From assembly GCF_009914755.1 (NCBI RefSeq), contig NC_060933.1: 64,000 bases of DNA; one strand, given 5' to 3'. Every line of letters starts with the position of its first letter. Positions within the stretch are counted from its first letter, which is position 1. A program made the translations under genes and the position numbers. The DNA is from the human T2T-CHM13v2.0 reference genome, Homo sapiens. Under the pieces are notes generated by a model. That model was not told where the DNA came from. It ran no database searches and worked only from the letters and a program-made list of their open reading frames with translations. Below, one piece after another: positions 51,811 to 64,000 of this stretch.

Positions 51811-54800
51811 CATTCCATTCCTTTCCGTTCCATTCCATTCCATTACATTCGGATTGATTCTATTCAATTCCCTTACACTCCATTACATTCCATTCCATTC
51901 GGGTAGTTTCCATTCCATTCCGTTCCATTCCTCTCCATTCCGTTGCACTCGGGTTGATTCCAATCCATTCCATTCCATTCCATTCCATTCCATTCCATTC
52001 CATTCCAATGAATTCGGGTTGATTCCATTCCATTGCATTCCATTCCATTCCATTGCATTCCATTCCGTTTCATTCCATTCCGTTACATTCGGATTGATTC
52101 TTTTCAACTCCCTTACTCTCCATTACATTCCATTCCATTCGGGTTGTTCCATTCCATTCCATTCCATTCCACTCCATTCTATTGCACTCGAGTTGATTCC
52201 ATTCGATTCCATTCCATTCCATACCGGATGATTCCATTCCATTGCATTCCGTTCCATTACATTCCCCTGCACTCTGGTTGATTCCATTCCATTCCATTCC
52301 ATTCCATTCGATTCCATTCCATTGCCCTGCACTCGCGTTGATTCCATTCCATTCCATTCCATTCCATTCCATTCCATTCCATTCCTTTAAGTTCCATTCC
52401 ATTCCATTCCATTCCGGTCTGTTCCATTCCATTCCATTCCTTTCTATTCGGGTTAATTCCATTCCATTCCATTTGACTGCAATCGAGTTGATTCCATTCC
52501 ATTCCATTCCATTCCATTCCATTCCATTCCATTCCATTCCATTCCTTTCCATTCCATTACGGATGATTCCATTCCATTGCATTCCATTCCATTCCATTCC
52601 CCTGTAGTCGAGTTGATTCCATTCCATTCCATTCCATTCAAATCCATGGCATTCCACTCGTGTTGATTCCTTTCTTTCTATTCCATTCAAGTTGAATCCA
52701 TTCCATTTCATTCCATTCCATTCGATTCCATTCGATTGCACTCGGGTTGAATCCATTCCATTGCATTCCATTCCATTCCATTCCATTCCATTCCGTTCCA
52801 TTCCATTTCATTACATTCAGATTGATTCTATTCAATTCCCTTACACTCCATTATATTGCAATCCATTCTGGTTGTTTCCATTCCATTCCATTCCATTTCA
52901 CTCCATTCCATTGCTCTCGGGTTGATTCCATTCCATTCCATTCCATTCCATTCCGGATGATTCCATTCCATTGCATTCCATTCCATTCCATTCCCCTGCA
53001 CTCGGGTTGATTCCATTCCATTCCATTACATTACATTCCGTTCCATTCCATTCCCTTCCATTCGGATTGATTCTATTAAATTCCCTTACACTTCATTACA
53101 TTCCATTCCATTCGGGTAGTTTCCATTCCATTCCATTCCATTCCTCTCCATTCCATTGCACTCGGGTTGATTCCATTCCATTCCATTCCATTCCATTCCA
53201 TTCCATTCCATTCCATTCCATTCCATTGTCCTCGGGTTGATTCCATTCCATTGCATTCCATTCCATTCCATTCCGTTCCGTTCCGTTCCATTCCATTCCA
53301 TTACATTCGGATTGATTCTATTCAACTCTCTTACTATCCATTTCATTCCATTCCATTCGAGTTGTTCCATTCCATTCCATTCCATTCCACTCCATTCCAT
53401 TTCACTCGGGTTGATTCCATTCCATTCCATTCCATTCCATTCCATTCCATTCCATTCCGGATGATTCCGTTCTATTGCATTCTGTTCCATTTCATTCACC
53501 TGCACTCGGGTTGTTTCCATTCCATTCCATTCCATTACATTCCATTCCGTTCCATTCCATTACATTCGGATTGATTCTATTCAACTCCCTTACTCTCCAT
53601 TACATTCCATTCCATTCGGGTTGTTCCATTCCATTCCATTCCATTCCACTCCATTCCATTGCACTCGGGTTGATTCCATTCCATTCCATTCCATTCCATT
53701 CCATTCCATTCCATTCCGGATGATTCCATTCCATTGCATTCCGTTAAATTACATTCCCCTACGCTCGGGTTGATTCCATTCCATTCCATTCCATTCCATT
53801 CGATTCCATTCCATTCCATTCCAGTCCATTCCGTTCCGTTCCGTTCCGTTCCGTTCCATTCCATTCCATTCCATTCTATTCAGGTTAATTCCATTACATT
53901 CCATTCCATTCCATTCTATTCCATTCCATTGCAATCGAGTTGAATCCATTGCATTCCATTCCATTCCATTCCATTCCATTCAATTCCATTCCATTCCGGA
54001 AGATTCCATTCCGTTGCAGTCCATTCCATTCTATTCCCCTGCACTCGCGTTTATTCCTTTCAGTTCCATTCCATTCCATTCCATTCCATTCCATTCCGTT
54101 CCGTTCCATTCCATTCCATTCCATTCCATTCCATTCCATTCCATTCCGTTCCGTTCCGTTCCGTTCCTTTCCATTCCGTTCCATTCCATTCTATTCGGGT
54201 TAATTGCATTCCATTCCATTCGATTGCCATCGAGTTGATTCCATTCCATTCCATTCCATTCCATTCCATTCCATTCCATTCCTTTCCATTCCATTACGGA
54301 TGATTCCATTCCATTGCATTCCATTCCATTCCATTCCCCTGTACTCGGGTTGATTCCATTCCATTCCATTCCAATCCATGCCATTCCACTCGTGTTGATT
54401 CCATTCTTTCCTTTCCATTAAGTTGAATCCATTCCATTGCATTCCATTCCTTTCGATTCCATTCGATTGCACTCGGGTTGATTCCATTCCATTGCATTCC
54501 ATTCCATTCCATTCCATTCCATTCCATTCCGTTCCATTCCATTTCATTACATTCAGATTGATTCTATTCAATTCCCTTACACTCCATTATATTCGAATCC
54601 ATTCTGGTTGTTTCCATTCCATTCCATTCCATTTCACTCCATTCCATTGCACTCGGGTTGATTCCATTCCATTCCATTCCATTGCATTCCATTCCATTCC
54701 ATTCCGGATGATTCCATTCCATTGCATTCCATTCCGTTCCATTCTATTCGGGTTAATTCCATTCCATTCCATTCCATTCCACTCCATTCCAGTCCTTTCC

Positions 54801-57800
54801 ATTCCATTCCACTCGGGTAGATTCCATTCTATTCCTTTCCATTCCATTCCATTCCATTGCAATCGAGTTGATTCCATTGCTTTGCATTCCATTTCATTCC
54901 ATTCTATTCCATTCCGGATGATTCCATTCCATTGCATTCCATTCCATTTCATTCCCCGGCACTCGGGTTGATTCCATTCCATTCCATTCCATTCCTTTCC
55001 GTTCCATTGCATTCCATTCCATTCGGATTGATTCTATTCAATTCCCTTACACTCCATTACATTCCATTCCATTGGGGTAGTTTCCATTCCATTCCATTCC
55101 ATTCCTCTCTATTCCATTGCACTCGGGTTGATTCCATTCCATTCTTTCCATTCCATTCCATTCCATTCCATTCCAATCCATTGTACTCAGGTTGATTCCC
55201 TTCCATTGCATTCCATTCCATTCCATTCCATTCCATTCCATTCCATTCCATTCCGTTCCATTCCATTACATTCGGATTTTTTCTATTCAACTCCCTTACT
55301 CTCCATTACATTCCATTCCATTCAGGTTGTTCCATTCCATTCCATTCCATTCCATTCCATTCCATTCCAATCCATTCCATTCCATTTCGGATGATTCCAT
55401 TCCATTGCATTCCGTTCCATTACATTCCCCTACACTCGGGTTGATTCCATTCCATTCCATTCGATTCCATTCGTTTCCATTCCATTCCAATTCTTTCCAT
55501 TCCATTCTATTCCGTACCATTCCATTCCATTCCATACAATTCCATTCCATTCCATTCCATTCCATTCCGTTCAATTCCGTTCCGTTCCGTTCCGTTCCGT
55601 TCCATTCCATTCCATTCCATTCTATTCAGGTTAATTCCATTCCATTCCATTCCATTCCATTCTATTCCATTCCATTGCAATCGAGTTGAATCCATTGCAT
55701 TCCATTCCATTCCATTCCATTCCATTCCATTCCATTCCGGAAGATTCCAATCCATTGCATTCCATTCCATTCCATTCCCCTGCACTCGCGTTTATTCCTT
55801 TCAGTTCCATTCCATTCCATTCCATTCCATTCCGTTCCGTTCCATTCCATTCCATTCCATTCCATTCCGTTCCGTTCCGTTCCATTCCATTCCATTCCAT
55901 TCTATTCGGGTTAATTCCATTCCATTCCATTCGATTGCAATCGAGTTGATTCCATTCCATTCCATTCCATTCCATTCCCCTGCACTCGGGTTGATTCCAT
56001 TCCATTCCATTCCATTCCATTCCGTTCCATTCCATTCCATTCAATTCGGATTGATTCTATTCCATTCCCTTACGCTCCATTACATTCCATTCCATTCGGG
56101 TAGTTTCCGTTCCATTCCTTTACATTCCTCTCCATTCCATTGCACTCGGGTTGATTCCATTCCATTCCATTCCATTCCATTCCATTCAATTCCATTCCAT
56201 TCCATTCCATTCCATTGTACTCGTGTTGACTCCATTCCATTGCATTCCATTGCATTCCATTCCATTCCATTCTATTCCTTTCCATTCCATTACATTCGGA
56301 TTGATTCTATTCAACTCCCTTACTCTCCATTACATTCCATTCCATTCGGGTTGTTCCATTCCATTCCATTCCATTCCACTCCATTCCATTGCACTCGGGT
56401 TGATTCCATTCCATTCCATTCCATTCCATTCCATTCCATTCCATTCCGGATGATTCCATTCCATTGCATTGCGTTCCATTACGTTCCCCTGCACTCGGGT
56501 TGATTCCATTCCATTCCATTCCATTCCATTCGATTCCATTCCATTCCAATTCTTTCCATTCTATTCTATTCCGTACCATTCCTTTCCATTCCATACAATT
56601 CCATTCCATTCCATTCCATTCCATTCCATTCCGTTCCGTTCCGTTCCGTTCCATTCCATTCCATTCCATTCTATTCGGGTTAATTCCATTCCACTCCATT
56701 CCATTCCACTCTATTCCATTCCATTGCAATCGAGTTGAATCCATTGCATTCCATTCCATTCCATTCCATTCCATTCAGTTCTGGAAGATTCCATTCCATT
56801 GCATTCCATTCCATTCCATTCACCTGCACTCGCGTTTATTCTTTCCAATTCCATTCCATTCCATTCCATTCCATTCCGTTCCGTTCCGTTGTGATCCATT
56901 CCATTCCATTCCATTCTATTCTGGTTAATTCCATTCCATTCCATTCGATTGCAATGGAGTTGATTCCATTCCATTCCATTCTATTGCATTCCATTCCATT
57001 CCTTTCTATTACATTACGGATGATTCCATTCCATTGCATTCCATTCCATTCCATTCCCCTGTACTCGGGTTGATTCCATTCCATTCCATTCCATTCCATG
57101 CCATTCCACTTGTGTTGATTCCATTCTTTCCATTCCATTCAAGTTGAATCCATTCCATTGTATTCCATTCCGTTCGATTCCATTCGATTGCACTCGGGTT
57201 GATTCCATTCCATTGCATTCCAATCCATTCCATTCCAATCCATTACATTACATTCCTTTCCATTCCATTCCATTACATTCGGATTGATTCTATTCAATTC
57301 CCTTACACTCCATTACATTCCATTCCATTCCGGTAGTTTCCATTCCATTCCATTCCATTCCTCTCCATTCCATTGCACTCGGGTTGATTCCATTCCATTC
57401 CATTCCATTCCATTCCATTCCTCTCCATTCCATTGCACTCGGGCACTCGGGTTGATTCCATTTCATTCCATTCCATTCCATTCCATTCCATTCCATTCCA
57501 TTGTACTCGGGTTGTTTCCATTCCATTGCATTCCATTCCATTCCATTCCATTCCATTCCATTCCGTTCCATTCCATTACATTACATTCGGATTGATTCTT
57601 TTCAACTCCCTTACTCTCCATTACATTCCATTCCATTCGAGTTGTTCCATTCCATTCCATTCCATTCCACTCAATTCCATTGCACTCGGGTTGATTCCAT
57701 TCCATTCCATTACATTCCATACCGGATGATTCCATTCCATTGCATTCCGTTCCATTACTTTCCCCTGCACTCGGGTTGATTCCATTCCATTCCATTCCAT

Positions 57801-60800
57801 TCCATTCCATTCCATTCCATTCCCCTGCACTCGCGTTGATTATATTCCATTCCATTCCATTCCATTCCATTCCATTCCATTCCATTCCATTCCATTCCTT
57901 TCCGTTCCATTACATTCAATTCGGGTTAATTCCATTCCATTCCATTCGATTGCAATCGAGTTGATTCCATTCCATTCCATTCCATTCCGTTCGATTGCAA
58001 TCGAGTTGATTCCATTCCATTCCATTCCATTCCATTCCATTCCATTCCTTTCCATTCCATTACGGATGTTTCCATTCCATTGCATTCCATTCCATTCCAT
58101 TCCCCTGTACTCGGGTTGATTCCATTCCATTCCATTCCAATCCATGCCATTCCACTCGTGTTGACTCCATTCTTTCCATTCCATTCAAGTTGAATCCATT
58201 CCATTGCATTCCATTCCATTCGATTCCGTTCGATTGCACTCGGGTTGATTCCATTCCATTGCATTCCGTTCCATTCCATCCCATTCCATTCCGTTCCATT
58301 CCATTTCATTACATTCAGATTGACTCTATTCAATTCCCTTACACTCCATTATATTCCAATCCATTCTGGTTGTTTCCATTCCATTCCATTCCGTTTCACT
58401 CCATTCCATTGCACTCGGGTTGATTCCATTCCATTCCATTCCATTCCATTCCGGATGATTCCATTCCATTGCATTCCATTCCATTCCATTCCCCTGCACT
58501 CGGGTTGATTCCATTCCATTCCATTACATTACATTCCGTTCCATTCCATTCCATTCCATTCGGATTGATTCTATTCAATTCCCTTACACTTCATTACATT
58601 CCATTCCATTCCGGTAGTTTCCATTCCATTCCATTCCATTCCTCTCTTTTCCATTGCACTCGGGTTGATTCCATTCCATTCCTTTCCATTCCATTCCATT
58701 CCATTCCATTCCATTCCATTCCATTCCATTCCATTCCATTGCATTCCATTCTATTCCATTCCATTCCATTCCGTTCCATTCCATTCCATTATATTCGGAT
58801 TGATTCTATTCAACTCCCTTACTCTCCATTACATTCCATTCCATTCGGGTTGTTCCATTCCATTCCATTCCATTCCACTCCATTCCATTTCACTTGGGTT
58901 GATTCCTTTCCATTCCATTCCATTCCATGCCATTCCATTCCATTCCATTCCATTCCGTTCCGTTCCTTTCCGTTCCATTCCATTCCATACCATTCCATTC
59001 CATTCCATTCCATTACATTCCATTCCTTTCCGTTCCATTCAATTCCATTCCATTCCATTCGGATTCATTCTATTCAATTCCCTTACACTCCATTACATTA
59101 CATTCCATTCGGGTAGTTTCCATTCCATTCCATTCCATTCCTCTCCATTCCATTGCACTCGGGTTGTTTCCATTCCATTCCATTCCATTCCATTCCATTC
59201 CATTCCGGATGATTCCATTCCATTGAATTCCATTCCATTCCATTCCCCTGCACTTGGGTTGATTCCATTCCATTCCATTCCATTCCTTTCTGTTCCATTC
59301 CATTCCGTTCCATTACATTCTATTCGTGTTAATTCCATTCCATTCTATTCCATTCCATTCCATTGAAATCGAGTTGATTCCATTCCATTCCATTCCACTC
59401 CATTCCATTCCATTCCATTCCATTCCATTCCATTCCGGATGATTCCATTCCATTGCATTCCATTCCATTCCATTCCCCTGCACTCGGGTTGATTCCATTC
59501 CATTCCATTCCATTACATTCCTTTCCACTCCATTCCATTACATTCTATTCGGGTTAATTCCATTCCATTCCATTCCACTCCATTCCAGTCATTTCCATTC
59601 CATTTAACTCCGGTTTATTCCATTCTATTCCTTTCCATTCCATTCCATTCCATTCCATTGCAATCGAGTTGATTCCATTCGAGTTGAATCCATTCCATTC
59701 CATTCCATTCCATTCCATTGCACACGGGTTCATTCCAATCCATTCCATTCCATTCCATTCCATTCCATTCCATTCCATTCCATTGCATTCCATTTCATTC
59801 CATTCCATTCTATTCCGTACCATTCCATTTCATCCCATTCCATTCCGTTCCATTCCATGCCATTACACTCGGGTTGATTCCATTCCTTTCCGTTCCATTC
59901 TTGTTGAATCCATTCCATTCCATTCCATTCCATTCGAATCCGTTCCATTGCACTCGGGTTGATTCCATTCCATTCCTTTCCATTCCATTTCATTCCATTC
60001 CATTCCATTACATTCGGATTGATTCTATTCAATTCCCTTACACTCCATTACATTCCATTCCATTCGGGATGTTTCCATTCCATTCCATTCCATTCCACTC
60101 CATTCCATTGCATCGGGTTGATTGTATTCCATTCCATTCCATTCCATTCCTGATGATTCCATTCCATTGCATTCCATTCCATTCTATTCCCCTGCACTCG
60201 GGTTGATTACATTCCATTCCATTCCCTTCCATTCCTTTCCATTCCATTCCATTCCATTCTATTCGGGTTAATTCCATTCCATTCCATTCCATTCCATTCC
60301 ATTCCATTCCATTGCAATCGAGTTGATTCCATTCCATTCCATTCCATTCCGTTCCGCATGATTCCATTCCATTGCATTCCATTCCATTCCATTCCCCTGC
60401 ATTCGGGTTGATTCCATTCCATTCCATTCCATTCCATTCCATTCCATTCCATTCCGTTCCATTCCATTCCATTCCATTCTATTCGGGTTAATTCCATTCC
60501 ATTCCATTCCATTCCATTCCATTCCATTCCATTCCATTCCTATCGAGTTGATTCCATTCCATTCCATTCCATTCCATTCCACTCCATTCCAGTCCTTTCC
60601 ATTCCATTCCACTCGGGTTGATTCCATTCTATTCCTTTCCATTCCGTTCCATTCCATTGCAATCGAGTTGATTCCATTGCTTTGCATTCTATTCCATTCC
60701 ATTCCATTCCGGATGACTCCATTCCATTGCATTCCATTCCATTCCATTCCCCTGCACTAGGGTTGATTCCATTCCATTCCACTCCATTCCGTTCCATTCC

Positions 60801-63800
60801 ATTCCATTCCATTGTATTCGGGTTAATCCATTCCATTCCATTCCATTCCATTCCATTCCATTCCATTACAATCCAGTTGATTCCATTCCAGTCCATTCCA
60901 TTCCAATCCATTCCATTCCAGTCGTTTCCATTCCATTTTACTCGTGTTGATTCCATTCTATTAGTTTCCATTCCATTCCATTCCCTTCCATTCCACTCTG
61001 GTTGATTCCATTCCTTTCCATTCCACTCGAATACATTCCCTCCTATTTCACTAGGAACGATTCCATTCCATTCCATTCCATTCCATTCCATTCCATTCCA
61101 TTCCATTCCATTTCATTCGATTCCATTCTATTCCGTACCATTCCATTCCATTCCATTCCATTCCATTCCATTCCATTCCATTCCATTCCACTCGTGTTGA
61201 TTCCATTCCTTTCCATTCCATTCGGTTTGAAGACATTCCATTCCATTCCATTCCATTGCATTTCACTCCATTCCATTGCACTCGGGTTGATTCCATTCCA
61301 TTCCATTCCATTGCATTCCATTCCATTCCATTCCGGAAGATTCCATTCCATTGCATTCCATTCCATTCCATTCCCCTGCACTCGGCTTGATTCCATTCCA
61401 TTCCATTACATTACATTCCGTTCCATTCCATTCTATTCCATTCTATTCGGGTTAATTCCATTCCATTCCATTCCATTCTATTGCAATCGAGTTGATTCCA
61501 TTCCATTCCATTCCATTCGATTCCATTCCATTCCAATCGATTTGATTCCATTCCATTCGATTCCATTCCACTCCATTCCAGTCCTTTCCATTCCATTCCA
61601 CTCGGGTTGATTCCATTCTATTCCTCTCCATTCCATTCCATTCCATTGCAATCGAGTTCATTCCATTCGAGTTGATTCCATTCCTTTCCATTCCATTCCA
61701 TTCCATTCCATTCCATTGCACTCGGGTTCATTCCATTCCATTCCATTCCATTCCATTCCATTCCATTCTATTCGGGTTAATTCCATTCCATTCCATTCCA
61801 TTCCATTCCATTTCATTCCATTACATTCCATTCCATTGCAATCGAGTTGTTTCCATTGCATTCCATTCCATTCTATTCCATTCCATTCCATTCCAATCCA
61901 TTCCATTCCGAATGATTCCATTCCAATGCTTTCCATTCCATTCCATTCCCCTGCACTCAGGTTGCTTCCATTCTATTCCTTTCCATTCCATTCCATTCCA
62001 TTCCATTCCATTCCGTTCCATTCCATTCCATTCCAATGCAATAGATTTGACTCCATTCCATTCCACTCCATTCCATTCCATTCCGTTCCATTCCATTTCA
62101 TTACATTCAGATTGATTCTATTCAATTCCCTAACACTCCATTACATTACATTCCATTCGGGTTGTTTCCATTCCATTCCATTCCATTCCACTCCATTCCA
62201 TTGCACTCGGGTTGATTCCATTCCATTCCATTCCTTTCCATTCCATTCCGGATGATTCCATTCGATTGCATTCCATTCCATTCCATTCCCCTGCACTCGG
62301 GTGGATTCCATTACATTGCATTCCATTCCGTTCCGTTCTATTCCATTCCATTCCATTCCATTCTATTCGGGTTAACTCCATTCCATTCTATTCCATTCCA
62401 TTCCATTCCATTCCATTGCAATCGAGTTGATTCCATTCCTTTCCATTCCATTCCATTGCATTCCATTCCGTTCCGGTTGATTCCATTCCATTGCATTAAA
62501 TTCCATTCCATCCCCCTGCACTCGGATTGATTCTATTATATTGCATTCCATTCCATTCCGTTCCATTCCATTCCATTCCATTCTATTCGGGTTAATTCCA
62601 TTCCATTCCATTCCATTCCATAACATTCCATTCCATTCCATTCCATTGCAATAGAGTTGATTCCATTGGATTGCATTCCATTCCATTCCATTCCATTCCG
62701 GATGATTCCATTGCATTGCATTCCATTCCATTCCATTCCCCTGCACTCGGGTTGATTCCATTCCATTCCACTCCATTCCGTTCCATTCCATTCCATTCCA
62801 TTGTATTCCGGTTAATTCCATTTCGTTCCATTCCATTCCATTCCATTACAATCGAGTTGATTCCATTCCATTCCATTCCATTCCATTCCATTCCAGTCCT
62901 TTCCATTACATTCCACACGGGTTGATTCCATTCTATTAGTTTCCATTCCATTCCGTTCTCTTCCATTCCACTCTGGTTGATTCCATTCCTTTCGATTCCA
63001 CTCGAATACATTCCCTTCTATTCCACTCGGAACGATTCCATTCCATTCCATTCCATTCCATTCCATTCCATTCCATTTCGCTCCATTCCATTCTGTTCCG
63101 TACCATTCCATTCCATTCCATTCCATTCCATTCCATTCCATTCCACTCGGGTTGATTCCATTCCTTTCCATTCCATTCGGATTGAAGCCATTCCATTCCA
63201 TTCCATTCCATTCCATTCCATTCCATTCCATTCCATTCCATTGTACTCGGGTTGATTCCATTCCATTGCATTCCATTTTATTCCATTCCATTCCATTCCA
63301 TTCCATTACGTTCGGATTGATTCTATTCAACTCCCTTACTCTCCATTCCATTCCATTCCATTCGGGTTGTTTCCATTCCATTCCATTCCATTCCACTCCA
63401 TTCCATTGCACTCGGGTTAATTCCACTCCATTGCATTCCATTCCATTCCATTGCATTCCATTCCGGATGATTCCATTCCATTGCATTCCATTCCATTCCA
63501 TTCCCCTGTACTCGGGTTGATTCCATTTCATTCCATTCCATTCCATTCCATTCCATTCCGTTCCATTGCATTCCATTCCATTCCATTCCATTCCATTCCC
63601 CTGCAGTCGGGTTGATTCCATTCCATTCCATTCCATTCTATTCGGGTTAATTCCATTCCATTCCATTCCACTCCATTCCAGTCCTTTCCATTCCATTCCA
63701 CTCGGGTTGATTCCATTCTATTCCTTTCCATTCCATTCCATTCCATTGCAATCGAGTTGATTCCATTAGAATTGAATCCATTCCATTCCATTCCATTCCA

Positions 63801-64000
63801 TTCCATTGCACACGGGTTCATTCCATTCCATTCCATTCCATTCCATTCCATTTCATTCCATTCCATTTCATTCCATTCCATTCTATTCCGTAGCATTCCA
63901 TTCCATCCCATTCCATTCCGTTCCATTCCATGCCATTACACTCGGGTTGATTCCATTCCTTTCCATTCCATTCTAGTTGAATCCATTCCATTCTATTCCA
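51811..64000 (+). repeat. Diverged mosaic satellite 3 with ~1.74 kb, ~5.5 kb and ~2 kb paralogous offsets
   Basis: ORF pairs 52692/54423 (1731 bp) and 53940/55686 (1746); 52692/58190, 52747/58245, 52828/58326 and 52971/58469 (all 5498); 60682/62671 (1989) and 61002/62977 (1975). Confidence 0.75.

Larger units (their letters stand above)
1..64000 (+). repeat. Classical satellite 3 (HSat3 / Sat III) array, (CATTC)n with interspersed A(C/T)TCGGGTTG decamers; C-rich strand is + throughout
   Basis: Continuous CATTC pentamers from first to last base, with very frequent ACTCGGGTTG/ATTCGGGTT(G/A) words (reverse complement CAACCCGAGT), the established satellite 3 signature. Long pure CATTC runs argue against the more diverged satellite 2. 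No non-satellite insertion and no strand switch seen. Confidence 0.98.

Noticed and set aside
86-63926. Several hundred ORFs (MEWNG... on -, IPFHS... on +) as protein-coding genes
   Set aside because: They are direct translations of a stop-free pentamer, open in all frames on both strands, lengthened or broken by 5 bp slippage between HOR copies, and show no recognisable domain.
1-64000. Alu, L1, alpha-satellite or CENP-B box, rDNA or tRNA insertions, or a strand inversion
   Set aside because: The pentamer register is traceable from end to end with no non-satellite segment, poly(A) tail, 171 bp period or GGAAT-oriented tract on the + strand.
1-64000. Assignment to a specific chromosome or subfamily (e.g. 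9q12 Sat III, Yq DYZ1, chr15)
   Set aside because: The CAACCCGAGT decamer fits the type described for 9q12 Sat III and no 3.6 kb DYZ1 period is seen, but related arrays exist on several chromosomes and in apes. Subfamily k-mer classification or alignment to a complete assembly is needed.

Overview
The whole 64 kb window is an uninterrupted classical satellite 3 (HSat3/Sat III) array. It is (CATTC)n on the + strand and (GGAAT)n on the - strand, punctuated by the satellite 3 decamer A(C/T)TCGGGTTG, so it is pericentromeric or acrocentric heterochromatin of human or a closely related ape; chromosome and subfamily cannot be fixed from the sequence alone. I see no genes, RNA genes, transposons or strand inversions, and all listed ORFs (poly-MEWNG / poly-IPFHS) are translation artefacts of the pentamer. 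There are three domains. (1) 1 to about 28.8 kb is a young, homogeneous higher-order repeat (HOR) of about 6.36 kb, with units of 6504, 6194, 6364 and 6354 bp plus a partial fifth, each carrying an internal duplication of about 1.24-1.37 kb. (2) About 28.8-47.3 kb is a diverged, CpG-eroded domain with local 1.97 kb and 1.5 kb duplications. (3) About 47.3-64 kb begins with a single 4.47 kb relative of most of the HOR unit, followed by diverged mosaic repeats. The most notable signal is a set of protein-binding-type motifs made by point variants of the satellite and unevenly distributed between domains. By manual count there are 24 perfect three-unit heat-shock elements (TTCnnGAAnnTTC; 18/0/6 across the domains), a 14 bp perfect palindrome TCGATTGCAATCGA, and 10 TTAGGGTTA TRF-type half-sites confined to the HOR. 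All counts were made by eye and need computational confirmation.
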